Shown here: one piece after another, positions 1 to 11,996 of the stretch
Position numbering within the stretch: position 1 is the first letter of the stretch
Layout of the letters: the number at the start of each line of letters is the position of its first letter
NCBI GenBank assembly: GCA_040954595.2
Contig: CM082585.2
Coordinates: 4,241,358-4,305,357, forward strand
Direction of reading: 5' to 3'
Length of the DNA: 64,000 nucleotides
Origin: Balanoglossus misakiensis
Taxonomy: Eukaryota > Animalia > Hemichordata
Notes under the pieces: model-generated
Database searches by the model: none
Told to the model about the DNA's origin: nothing
What the model saw: only the letters and a program-made list of their open reading frames with translations
Program-made: the position numbers and the translations under genes

Positions 1-198
1 ATAACAATGTCATATATAGAGGGATAGCCGGCCCTTCTGCCTAACCCCTGTCCCTTGGGCTAAAGAAACATTATTATTATTATTATTAGATGACATTTGT
101 GAACTTAAAAATTAATGGTTGCATAACATTGACCACTCACTCAAATCACTGCTTACATTGTGAAAAGTACTGCGCCATAGCTGTTGACATAACTGAAA

Positions 199-2573
199 TT
201 ATGAATGAAGTCTTACTTTGACAAACGTTATGTCTTTGTAGCCTGCCGTTTCATACATCAACCCAATATTATTGTCGTCTATTTTTGTCAGACACGAATA
301 TCCGCTGAAACCAGGATCAATGGTGAGAGCGCCCTCCCACGTCTTGCCTTCGTCCAGGCTCCATCGCAGTGTCAGATTTTTTCGGCCCGATATCGAGGCT
401 GGATTCAAGTGAAAGAGGACGCCGTTGAGGATGAGGGCGCTTCCAGCACATCCGGGATCGATTAAAACGTCATCAAAATAGACGTTCTCGATTGGAAAGG
501 TGTCGCCCCCATCGTCGCTGCGAGACACAACTTTACAACTGCAGTGATAACCATAGGTATTGCGTGTAAAACAAAGAAGCGAGCCGTTTGCCATTTCAAC
601 AATCTGAAAAAACAACAACAACAACAACAACAGTAACGTGAGCATTACAAGGTTTAAAACTACAGCTGTGAATGAATGAATGAATGAATGAATGAATGAA
701 TGAATGAATGAATCGGAATGAATGAATGAATGAATGAATGAATGAATGAACGAACTTTATTTCACCAGAGATATATGTCAATATGTATAATACACAGAAA
801 GTAAAAGAAAGATGTTTACATATAGATGAAAGAAAGATGTTTACGTATATTACTGTAGAATAAGCAATTCTGGTAGTGGAGGGTAGCTTTTGTTTGCGAG
901 AAAAATATCTGAGCCCGAGTCAGAAGTTGACATTTTTCATCATCTGAACTGTATTAAGATAATTTCGAACTTCAGTTTTTAAAGTTCATGTGAACAAATT
1001 CATATGTAGGATCATTGTTGCTTCAATTATTATTTATTTGATATAAATTTCACTTGTAGAAAAAAATGACATAAACCTACTATTCAGCATCTTCCTAAAA
1101 ACAATCATAATTTATTTATTAAATCAAAACAAAACAAAGAGAGATAAAAAACTAAACTGCTATTGAAATCCTTTGTGGTCTTTAAATGAATAAGGTACGA
1201 TCTATATGAGATTGCATAATCAGATAAATGTTTACCCACCTGTGGTTCAGATATTGCGAAGTCTCCCTTCTTTTTTGGCACATTGTTGGGGATACCCGGC
1301 AGCGAAGCCCCAATTTCCCAACTCTTCCCGTGATCTGAGTCAAATCAAAATATAAATGTGGGTTGAGTTATTGTACATGTCTTTTATGCCTATTTCAGCC
1401 ATTAAAACTGCGACGGAAAGGTGGCAAAATCTATACTGCAATGCCCCGGATGAAATATCTAGTCTTGGTTTGAAGGCCCAAGGAGTTCCCTATGAGTTCG
1501 ATCACTGTCATTGTATACGTCACCACAGTAGCTATCTTTAACGCGAATAAATCAGATATTCTTAATCTGCACAGAAATAACCGTGTCATTTAATTCCATC
1601 GACCGAAAACACACATGGACTCGGATCACGTACTGAGAAACCGACCCTCGTGCCTCAGCTGTCTTTATGGTCTGATGAGTTAGATCCCATAGGGCGCAGT
1701 CACCTTCGGCCTTATCGCAACACCACCGTTGCCCGACATTTTCAGTGGTGGAGTTGCCTCTGCACAACACTAGTACAGCTACAACAATGAAATCGCAAGC
1801 ACTATCATGGCAACGAAAAGAATAAAATTAAATAATGTTTACTTTTGGAACGAATCATACAGAAATCGATGATAAATAGTGATCCTGCAATAATACATGT
1901 ACAGTATATAGTTTGTATTCTTACCGTCACTGGTCAAACAGTACAAGCCTTCCCTGCTTCCTTTGAGAGATATTAGGTGACCACACGCCACCAAGCGTCC
2001 TTTGTTTGGCGGCATAGTTTTCTGGATTCCATACCCTGGCCCTGCAGCCCACGCCACTCCTTTCAGAGACGGGCTCTCCACAGAGATATCATTAGGTTTA
2101 CTCCATGTATTTCCCCCGTCTTTGCTCTTAATCATATACACATAGGATCCGTTGTTCCCGCCAGAACACGTCTCATGCACACAGTAGTTGTACAAGAGGA
2201 TAAGTGTGTTCTCTTCGTGGTCAACGACGAGACTACCAACGTTTAGACCGTCGGCTGTCTGGAAATCCTCGACCAGCAGCTCCACGGTGCTCCACGACGA
2301 CCCGCCGTTCGTGCTCCGACGCTGGGTGAGGAATTTGGCGCCGGCGTCGCTGATGCCGAATTTGCGCGCTTCTGACATGGCCACCAGCGCGCTGCCGTCG
2401 GGCGTGTTCGTGATGGCCGGGATTCTGAAGGACGCCACCTCGGCGGTGGACCCACCTTCCCACAGAATCTGCCGGTCGACGACAGTCGGTTCGAGAACCG
2501 CAGCCACGGAACGAAGGGTTAGCAAAATGGCGGCAACGAAAGGAGCGCGCCACAATAATCGTACACAGGACAT
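199..2573 (-). CDS. NEU1: Sialidase (NEU1-like, GH33) paralogue A, 3 exons, ~382 aa
   Basis: Exons 2573-1925, 1334-1240 (95 bp) and 603-199, all GT-AG and phase-consistent. Signal peptide, FRIP motif, SEARK..SD, DGLNVG, Asp-boxes (STNGGSSW, SKDGGNTW, SDDHGKSW, SDDGGDTF, SLDEGKTW), GPGYG, catalytic Tyr (SGYS) and YE. Confidence 0.93.
669..752. repeat. (TGAA)n microsatellite, with adjacent (CAA)n at ~611-632
   Basis: Directly visible tandem repeat in intron 2 of sialidase A. Confidence 0.95.
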
Positions 2574-5040
2574 ATCTATCGTCAGGGTAGGCAAACGGCG
2601 TGATAGAGGGTGAAAATCTTGCTATGAATGAAGTGAAGGTGTCATTCTTACCAGCATTCTGTAACATAAAACAAAAACAGAAACGCAACAAAACATCATC
2701 ACCGAGATATCGTAACTTCAAATTGATGAACACACTATAACAATTTATTTTACTTCACTTTTGGTTTGAGTCGGAACAAATATTGTTTTAATTGGCAGTG
2801 ACGTGTCGGTGTGCCAAAGTCCAAAGCATTCTTTGCCATATTATTGCACTTTCAAACTTTCGTTTATGTAGGGAAAGGAGGGGGTGTGTTTGAGGTCAAA
2901 AGGTGTTTGTCTTGCGTGTGTTTAAACCACGCCCCTTACTAACTGTATTGTAACAATCGGCGAATAATTATAAACAGAACAAAAAAAAATACATTATAAA
3001 AAAAAGTAAGGTCAAAATTGTACGAACTTTGTCCCTTATTTATGGTTTCCCCAACCATCCCTGATGAACCGTGAACTATGACCACGGCGTCACACGGACT
3101 CTAAGTACGCCATTATTCCAGCTATAGTTTTATCAGTCGTTGAAGTAATATGCATATGCCTTACAAATCTTGGGCCACGTCACATCACACAACTGATATT
3201 AAATCCTACAAACCCTTCGGCGAAAATTTATTGGCCAGGACAATTCATTTAATGATTTCAATGCAGCTTGCACTGCAAACAAGACATCTATGAGGTCTAC
3301 AAGAAAAGGCATAATCGACAGTACGTTAGACTTATTAAACGCCAATAATTTTATGGCTGCATACTGTCGTTGATAGAATAGCGCTATGTATGGTTCCGAA
3401 GTGAGTTCGTTGGAATGAAGCAAAATAACAACTGATGCACAACAGTCTGAATGAAGTTGTCTGTAATTGTTTGTTGCATATTTGGATTCGTGCAACAGGT
3501 GGGTAAAAGTTATAACCTATTCTATATGTGCATGGGTTTACACCTTCCGAAGCTCTACTGGTCATTCCAAATTACCACACCATACGCCACTGACCTCCAA
3601 ACACGGTACATGCGCTGATACTAGTAATAGCACTCATGAATATTCAGCTGACTTTTCTGTTTTATTTTATAATTTCTGAACTCAGCTCATGCGTGGTTGT
3701 GTAACGATGCATGACTGATAGAATAAGACGTATGATAAATGGGTCATGTAGGTTCCAGAACAGGATTTGAGTGCGAATTTGCCCAATTCTGGGGCCAGCT
3801 ATTAAAAGATGGACACGCCAAAAGTCAGTGTATGTGGCTGCTAAGGTGCATATTCGAAGTGGTGAGAGTGAAACCAAATGACAGACTGGTTTAGGCCCCA
3901 AGATGGTGCTAGGCCTAATTCTTTTGTGTCTCTCTGTTCAGTGTCCTTGCTTTCAATAAGCTCTATACGTGGCCCGACTGTTTTGCCGGCTAGAGGCACA
4001 CACGGTAACAACAACAAAGCCCTGTCACACAGAGCTGCGGTTCAATGATCTGTTCTGAATAGACTTGGGTACGGCTTTTGGATCGACACCCACCTCAGAT
4101 TTTGGGACCAGGAATTTGAGGAAATAGTATTTAAAAAAGCGACGTGATCGCGACGCTTCCCAATGTTCCCGGTCAATATATATATGTAACATGAAATAAA
4201 GATTCAGGCAATGTTGACTCTGCGAGTTTACCGCTTTTTAATAAACTATAACTCACCCGGAAGAGTCAGGAACACACTCCGTCCGGCATATGCAGCATGT
4301 TATGACCTTAGTCCCAAGGACGCGGTCGCCCATCACATGCATGGGTGAGCAAAAGAGAGATGTCCTCATTCATTCAAATATGAAAGCTAATTCCAACAAA
4401 ACGAGACAAAATGAAAGTCACGTAACGGTTGTACCAGTCTGAAAATAGGTCTCTGTAGACTATTAGTATAGCAGAATATCAAAACTCGTGCACAAAAGGC
4501 AACTCTACGAAAATAACCTATGCCCCTCAATCCGACCATACCTCTAAGTAATGGTATCACCATAATTGAGTCACATGTTTTGAGTCACCTGATCTCTCTT
4601 GTCAGCTGATACGTGGTGTCGCTGGCTATCAACAACATTGTGGTTATATTGTAAGTTCAATGTTTCTAAAATGGGATGCATAATTATTAACATGTGCGTT
4701 CAAAGAAGTCAATGTAAGCTGACATATTGACAATTGGTATTTCAGACATAATGTCGATCTTCCAACGGTCTCCGTGTTCCGTCTGCGTCGTCTGTGCAAC
4801 ACTGTTGACATGGATAGTTTTAGCTTCACCGAACGATTTTAAACCCGTGCTGGTGGAGGAGCAATACTTGTTTAAGCCGGGCTCTCCGGGCGAAGTCGAT
4901 ATTTTCCGCATTCCGATCGTCGTTACGTGCCCGGATGGTACCATTCTGGCATTTGCAGAGGGGCGGAAGTACAGCGGGGGAGACTACGGCTCGAAATTCT
5001 TGGCTCTTCGTCGTTCCAAAGATGGCGGCAGTACCTGGAC

Positions 5041-5630
5041 TAGCTCTGGACTTATGCGCTGTTTGGGTCTACGCTGCTCTCCGTCCCCCACAGCTATGGA
5101 GCCATGCGTAGGAAATCCTGTTGGGTTGCGGAGCAAAATGATTCGCACCGATTTTCAAACAATAAACTACATGAACATGTACATAATGTTGTCAGAAATA
5201 AAGATCGAACGAAAATTTCACAAATGGGAACCTACTTGACGTGTTTACCGCCGAATCGTAAACGTCGTTAACGCAGCGCCGTAAAACTGGTGACCCTCCC
5301 ATACAAACACGCCGAGTAAAACACGTGTCGATCACATGACTTAAATGAAGGCGAACGTCCATGTTTGTATGGGAGGGTCACCAGTTTTACGGCGCTGCGT
5401 TAACGACGTTTACGATTCGGCGGTAAACACGTCAAGTAGGTTCCCATTTGTGAAATTTTCGTTCGATCTTTATTTCTGACAACATTATGTACATGTTCAT
5501 GTAGTTTATTGTTTGAAAATCGGTGCGAATCATTTTGCTCCGCAACCCAACAGGATTTCCTACGCATGGCTCCATAGCTGTGGGGGACGGAGAGCAGCGT
5601 AGACCCAAACAGCGCATAAGTCCAGAGCTA
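5041..5630. mobile_element. Foldback/MITE, 269-bp inverted arms + 52-bp spacer, 9-bp TSD (Mutator-like)
   Basis: Arms 5041-5309 and 5362-5630 are reverse complements (TAGCTCTGGAC…GTCCAGAGCTA). TACCTGGAC is duplicated at 5032-5040 and 5631-5639. The ORF track shows the same peptide on both strands. Confidence 0.95.
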
Positions 5631-6207
5631 TACCTGGACAGTGACAGACTTCGTTTTAGATGACGACCCGTCGGTCGACGGTTTGAATTTAGGCGGCGCC
5701 GTCATCGATCGTTTTAATAACTCTGTAATTTTGCTGTATGTACACTCGCACAAAACGCCGGTGATCTATATGACCAGGAGTACCGACTCGGGAGTGACGT
5801 GGAGCGAGCCTGTTGCCATTGGCGACATAAATCCAGATTTGAAGGGGTATTCGTGGACTGCAGGACCCGGATATGGGATCCAGAAGAAGTATGGCGCCAA
5901 CATGGGCCGGTTGATTGTTTGTGGCCATACTATGGAATCTATAACTAGGTCGGCCAGATGTCTTTATAGTGATGGTACGATATCATTTCATTGGTTTGTA
6001 TGTGATTACAATAGTGTTACCACCGTGGTGTTGGTTTTGATGGGGATCTGGATGAAGTGAAGTTTTGTTTTTCAACCAGTGAGAGACAAAAAATCATAAT
6101 GCCATCATGCCACGGACACTGTTATACAGCTATAGCTATTTTTCAGGCGTTTTTCTCTCAGGTTTCTCCCTAACTCCATCGCCGCAGCCACCACCCACTT
6201 TTCTGGA

Positions 6208-6292
6208 TCATCATCATCATCATCATCATCATCATCGTCGTCGTCGTCGTCATGCATCATGCATCATGCATCATCATCATCATCATCATCAT
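6208..6292. repeat. (CAT)n/(CGT)n microsatellite
   Basis: Visible trinucleotide run in intron 1 of sialidase B. Confidence 0.9.
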
Positions 6293-8305
6293 GGTCTGTC
6301 ACGCATCAAGAAGACGCCCAAAGAAAGATAGTCAGTCTCCTCATAAATAAGTGTGCACCATCATTATACGAAAATTAATGCAAATACAGTGGTCACATTT
6401 TCTAACGACATTTCATCCTGTTTGGTGTAGATTATGGTTACAGTTGGTCCCTCGGTGGCGCTGTTTTGGGTCTGCCATACAACACGACTAAGAAATCTGG
6501 GGACTTTGTCCCTGGTGAATCACAGGTGAGTTGACTTCTGGTTACACTCTAAACACCAACATTCTGCCATATAAAGGAAGTTATGTGCACACTGTTTTGT
6601 TTGTCCAAACGCCATGCTCATTGTGTAGAAAAGAATATAAAGTCATATTATTCCCTGAATTCCATTTTATATGGGCGTTCTATACAGGGCCAAGCGCTCC
6701 TAAATCTTTGGAAAGTACACAAGTAAATTCATGCTAAGAAAATAAATGTACTGTGTGTTCCAAAATTTGGCTGCACAACTATGATGCACAAAGTTCAGTA
6801 CAGCTTTTATGATAATATGCTAACAATGTTAGCTACTGGTGTGATTTTTGGATGGTAAACCTATCCGCAAAACAATCCTTCCAGAATTAGTGTTCAGTTA
6901 TCTAAATGTATACGTGACATTATCGGACTGTGCATATTGGTATTCTGGTATCGAATCATATCACGTGCCCTGCTCTTTAGTTTTTTCAGTTGCCCGAGAG
7001 GTCACAGTTTATCAGATGTCATTCAAAATTCCTCTGTCCCACATTTGCATCCTCCTGTACCGGGGTGTTCTCTGACATGCACATGGTAAATAAAGGAAAT
7101 TGAATGTCTGGCTGTTCCCGGAATAAAATACAGTTTTCTTTTCAACCTAAAAGTTACTCGTATAATATACTGAGGACAAGTAAGTTAAATAAAATTTAAA
7201 TATTTGATATCTGAATTTCAGATAGTCGAAATGGATGATGGGAGTCTCGTGATGATGTCACGAAACACATATGCATTCCACTGCCGATGTCGAATCTTTT
7301 CGAAAAGTTTTGATTCCGGTATGACATTTCCATTGGAGGAAGTCAAAATTATCGAAGAATTGCCTGATCCAAGTGTGTGCGGAAGTATTCTACGTCATAA
7401 TGGCGTCATGTATTTCTCTGCTGTGAACAGCACTACGTCACGGGCCAACGCAATGCTGTGGTGGAGTTTCGACGACGGAGTTACCTGGCCCGGTACACTC
7501 CCTATCTACATGAACAGAAGTGCGTATTCGTGTCTGACAGCGGTGGACGACAATCACCTGGGTTTGCTTTACGAAAAGGGAAACGACGGCCATATTGCTT
7601 TCGCCAAAATCAGACTTCATCCTTGACACAGAAAAAGCTGGTCTTTTTTCAAAGCGTCATTTTTATAACGACAAGTGATATAATTGCAACTTTTAACCAA
7701 ATCGGTCATTTTTGATAGCGGGACTTCCAACCAGCTACACTGAGATGCAAATTTTCATGAATCTCTTCAGACGTACTTAAATGCACATATTTCTAAGAAC
7801 GACTGAAGTAGAAAAATTGATTATTCAGTGGAGAAATGACGACAGCTACCGGTAAAAGACTGAAATATGGAAGATCCAGCAATTCTACTTGTTAGCTTAT
7901 TGCCGAATTAGTTTTGATGTCCTGTCGTTTCTCTGAACACATGTCACAATGTTGTGGGCGTATCATGATATGGCTTGATATGGCCTGCAATGTTCTTGTT
8001 CTAGTTTGGCTGTGATAGGCACTTTTCTTGTTCTCTATTTTTCAATAGACAGCTGTCACAGTTATTTCTGTCGTCACTTCCATAGTTTAATATTTTTGAC
8101 AACTATTTGAAGTCAGCCATACGGACACGGAAATTTGAGAGAGTTACGTCACAGAATTCTTTAGTTTCACGGTCATTTTATATCCGAGTTTCATACATTA
8201 AAATACTACACATACGTGTTCATTTGAATACTTAGTTTTCCCATACTGTTTCTTATGAAGGCATTGAAATATTCCAGCGCTAGGCATTGGTGGTGTATCA
8301 CCGAC

Positions 8306-10862
8306 CTACCGAAATCGTAGTTTAACAAAAGATATTGTCTTATAAGGTCCTAATTCGTAGAGAAGCCCTATATGGTTTCCGTCAATCGGACTGAGGCATG
8401 AATATGCACTTTCTGCGGGCGTGATGACCAGCGCGCCCTGCCAATGTTGTCCATAGTACGCACTCCACTTTACCGTCATGTTGTGACGGTGATTAGGATT
8501 GGACGGGTTGGAGAAGAACATTGTGTTGTCATGGAGAATTACACTGCCCTGGCAGGATGGGTCCGCCAGAGATTCGTCCACTTGGACTTGTTCCCATGGA
8601 AACGAGTCCGCCCCATCGTAACTGCGACTTGTGATGCGACACTTGCAGTAGAAGCGGTGTTCATTTCTGGAGTTGACCAGAATAGACCCGTCAGGAAGTT
8701 CTACCAGCTGAAACAAACAGACAACGATATGAATTGTTAAGGTGACCAGACTGTAAGGTACACTGAGTCGTTTGAGGTACGAAGCGCCCTCAAACGAATT
8801 TACTTTACAGTCTATGGAGTGACAGGCTTGTAATAAACACCGTGTAGTCTGACAGAAGTTAGCTATAGAACAGTGGATATTTTTTGCCGATGTTATCGAT
8901 TACACTGTCATGCATTCATGCACACCACACCACATCACGTCACATAACATCACATACTCGTGACCAACGGTGTCCGATCATACGATATTAGCATACAATA
9001 TATTATTTTGAGACAACAGCGAACTAAGCGAAGTGGTAAAGGAAATGCCCCTGCGTGGGTGAATCGACCATGCTATTGTAAAATACATGTACCCGAGACT
9101 GGCCTTGTGATATCAACAAAACTGTTTTCGAAATGTCATACCGAAAGCTCTTGTCCTAGAATATGCATGATGTTTTCCTTTGAATAAATCATTCCCTATA
9201 AGTGTCACAAATGGTAAATGTAATGGACAAACCATTCCTCATGACTGTACAGACTCATTCAGTGACTATCGGTGAAGTCAAAATGAGTTCTGTCCGCATG
9301 CATATTTGACGCCGTCGGGCAATCTACATTCTATTCATCCATAGTTTATAGAATACATGAAATACCAGTGGTTTTCTTTCAGACAATCTGATTAAAATCC
9401 AATATGCAGATAGGTGAGCTTTTTCTCCTCAATCGTATTATGGCCTGCACTTCCGCGGGTCACCCACACTCTCAGAAAACAACCACAGCAGTAGAAGATC
9501 CCCACTCAAAATGGTTTACACAAACGATCACGGGGAAAATCACCAATTATGATTCAAATGACTGGATATTGCGCATGTTGTTCGACGATGTTCTCCGTGT
9601 ATGCAAACTAAAGTAAATCATTTAACATTCATGCAAGACGAGACATTGTGTTGATATTACACTATGTGTATGTGCAATATTGATGTGACATTCTTTGAAA
9701 TACAGCCTCTCTATTTACAAAGCTGACTCCAACCGTACAAGTCCTTCTGGCAATTACACATTTAAGCAATTCCATTTCCAAGCACTGTTTACCTGGGACT
9801 CGTTTATTTCGAAATCTTTATCGTCATGCGCAGATTCATATGGTATTGAAACCAGTCCGCCCGCCACTTCCCACGTGATGCCGTGATCTGAAACAAAGTG
9901 CGCATGGGTGACGTAATGTGCACGGCTAGAAAAATATCACTCTAGTTCAAGGTACATGTATGCATATCAGTATCTTGTCAGTACTTGTAAAAGGCCTTGA
10001 GAAAAATAACTGCTGTGGTACGTAAATACACGTAGACCATTTCGAACACCATGTTGAAAACTACAAGACTCTATAGAAAATCTGAGAAAATGTCATTTCA
10101 CGCGATATTATGTTGACCCTTATTCACACCGCACCCCATTTCCAGCTTAAAATCTTCGTGAAACGTAATCTGTATTACGTAAATCAGTACACTTTACTCA
10201 CCATCGCTGACAATGCATCTCATGGCTATTTGGAGATTGTTTTTGTTTCTCGTGTGTCCACACGATATCAACCTGCCTTTGTGAGGTGGGAATTCCTTCT
10301 GTATACCCACACCGGGACCAGGGATGAAGGATATGTTCTTCAAACCGGAATTGGACGCTCCCAGATTGATCGGTTGCGTCCAGTTCAGTCCCCAGTCATT
10401 GCTACGCAGCATATACACAGTGGGAAGTTTAGACGGATTGCAATTCCAAGATGCACAGTGACCGACTAACAGTAACAAAGATCCGTTAATCTTGTCAACT
10501 ATGACAGTTCCCAAGTTATAATAACTGGGTTTTGAATCTGTTGCCTGTAGCAGGTCTACGGGCGACTGCCAGCTGTCGCCTTTATTCGTGGATCTTCGCA
10601 TGAGAATAGTTTTCTTTCGTGTGTCTGTGTCGTTTGTAGTTCTCCTGCCCTCCGCGAAGGCCAACAAATCACCTGTCGGCGTGTTCGTCAGCAGTGGCAT
10701 ACGGTAATACCGTGATATCCCCGGACCTTCAGCTGCCGTCCACAGCGATTCCTCGGACAGAACTTCCAACTTAAAGGCAGTCGTAGATATATCGGAAAAC
10801 TTCCAACTGGAGAACAGTGGAAGACAAAGACATACCAACAATGGACGTGGCAAAGCTTCCAT
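8306..10862 (-). CDS. Sialidase (NEU1-like) paralogue C, 3 exons
   Basis: Exons 10862-10202, 9887-9793 (95 bp; DHGITWEVAGGLVSIPYESAHDDKDFEINESQ) and 8707-8306. YRMP (FRIP variant), AEGRR, Asp-boxes, GPGVG, SAYS, LYE. Same intron positions as A and B. Confidence 0.9.
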
Positions 10863-11996
10863 GATGTTGATCAAGTTTTACCTGAGCCCCGTTACATCTC
10901 AAGTACTCCCTAAGTTCATAATATTTCTAAAATATGCAAAATTTACGGAAAATACACAGCGGTGTCTCCTTCTCGTGATTTCAGCATCATACATTGACAA
11001 ATAATCTGTTAATACTAATTGTTGTATTCTAAACCACTTCTCCATTTATCACCGAACTCGTCTTTATCTGACTCATATCGGGAGGCAACTATCTAGACTT
11101 ATCGAACGTTACGTAAGCAGGGCAAATTAGGCACCTCTAGGCCTACAGACCAACGTGAATGAGTAGATTCCAGGTTATATGACCCACAGAAATCAGTTTA
11201 TATTCACAATTATGTTAAATGTAATTTAATTCACCAATATTATGCTGCTATTACAAAACAATTTCAGACATTCCACTCCTGAAGCTCAAAAGTGGCGTAC
11301 GAGTCACCATCACTCACTGTCAATGTTCTTTTTTAAATTTACCGTGCTGTAATTTAAATGATAATCAAACCAGATAATGTCTTTTGCGAGGCTCAGTTAT
11401 TGAATGGTAAGAAGTAAAAACGTTAGGGTGTAACTTCTGTTTCTGTACGATATCTGTCGTGACATTTCATTATAGTTACTGTCTAAGTGCAATTTCTGTG
11501 TGAAGACGGAATTAGTCAATATCTGTATTTATACTTGCTGTTTTACAACCGAATACATGTGATGACATGCGACACAAACATGCCAACAGGCCAGCATTAT
11601 CTTAAAAGTTATTGTTGTGCGCGGTGCACATATCGACTAGCCAATTCAAATCGAAGATAAAAATTCTTGTCAAGAGTGCTAATAGAAGTACATACATTTC
11701 AAAATACAGCATGCCAATGAAACATTGAGTATTCAACATCAAATATACATTTATTTACAACAAATATTTGTTAATATTAGGTCTGACTGTACAACAAAGT
11801 TAATAAGTTGTTATAAGCATACATGAGACTAGTAAATTGCAGCATCCACCGTCCTTAAATATTAGAGAGGTCGACTATGTCGATATGCAACCGAACCGCC
11901 TGAAAGTTTTATAAATGTTTAATTTTAAAGGAACTACTCCAGCTCAGGCTGTTTAAAATAAACCCCCACAACGGATCGGGTTTACCACTTCACTTC

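Larger units (their letters stand above)
4751..7626 (+). pseudogene. NEU1: Sialidase (NEU1-like) paralogue B, exon 1 disrupted by a foldback insertion
   Basis: Exons 4751-5974 (with insertion 5041-5630 plus TSD), 6431-6525 (95 bp) and 7222-7626. FRIP, AEGRK, DGLNLG, Asp-boxes and SAYS motifs present. Removing 599 bp restores the frame (…SKDGGSTWT-VTDFVLDD…). As sequenced, the frame stops at 5239. No other lesions seen. Confidence 0.88.

Noticed and set aside
5432-5617. 61-aa ORF duplicated on both strands
   Set aside because: A consequence of the palindromic foldback element; no transposase motifs.
8769-8798. Small hairpin CGTTTGAGG…GCGCCCTCAAACG sharing GCGCCCTCAAA with the retrotransposon 5' end
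   Set aside because: The match is only about 11 bp with no further homology; probably a generic short hairpin repeat.
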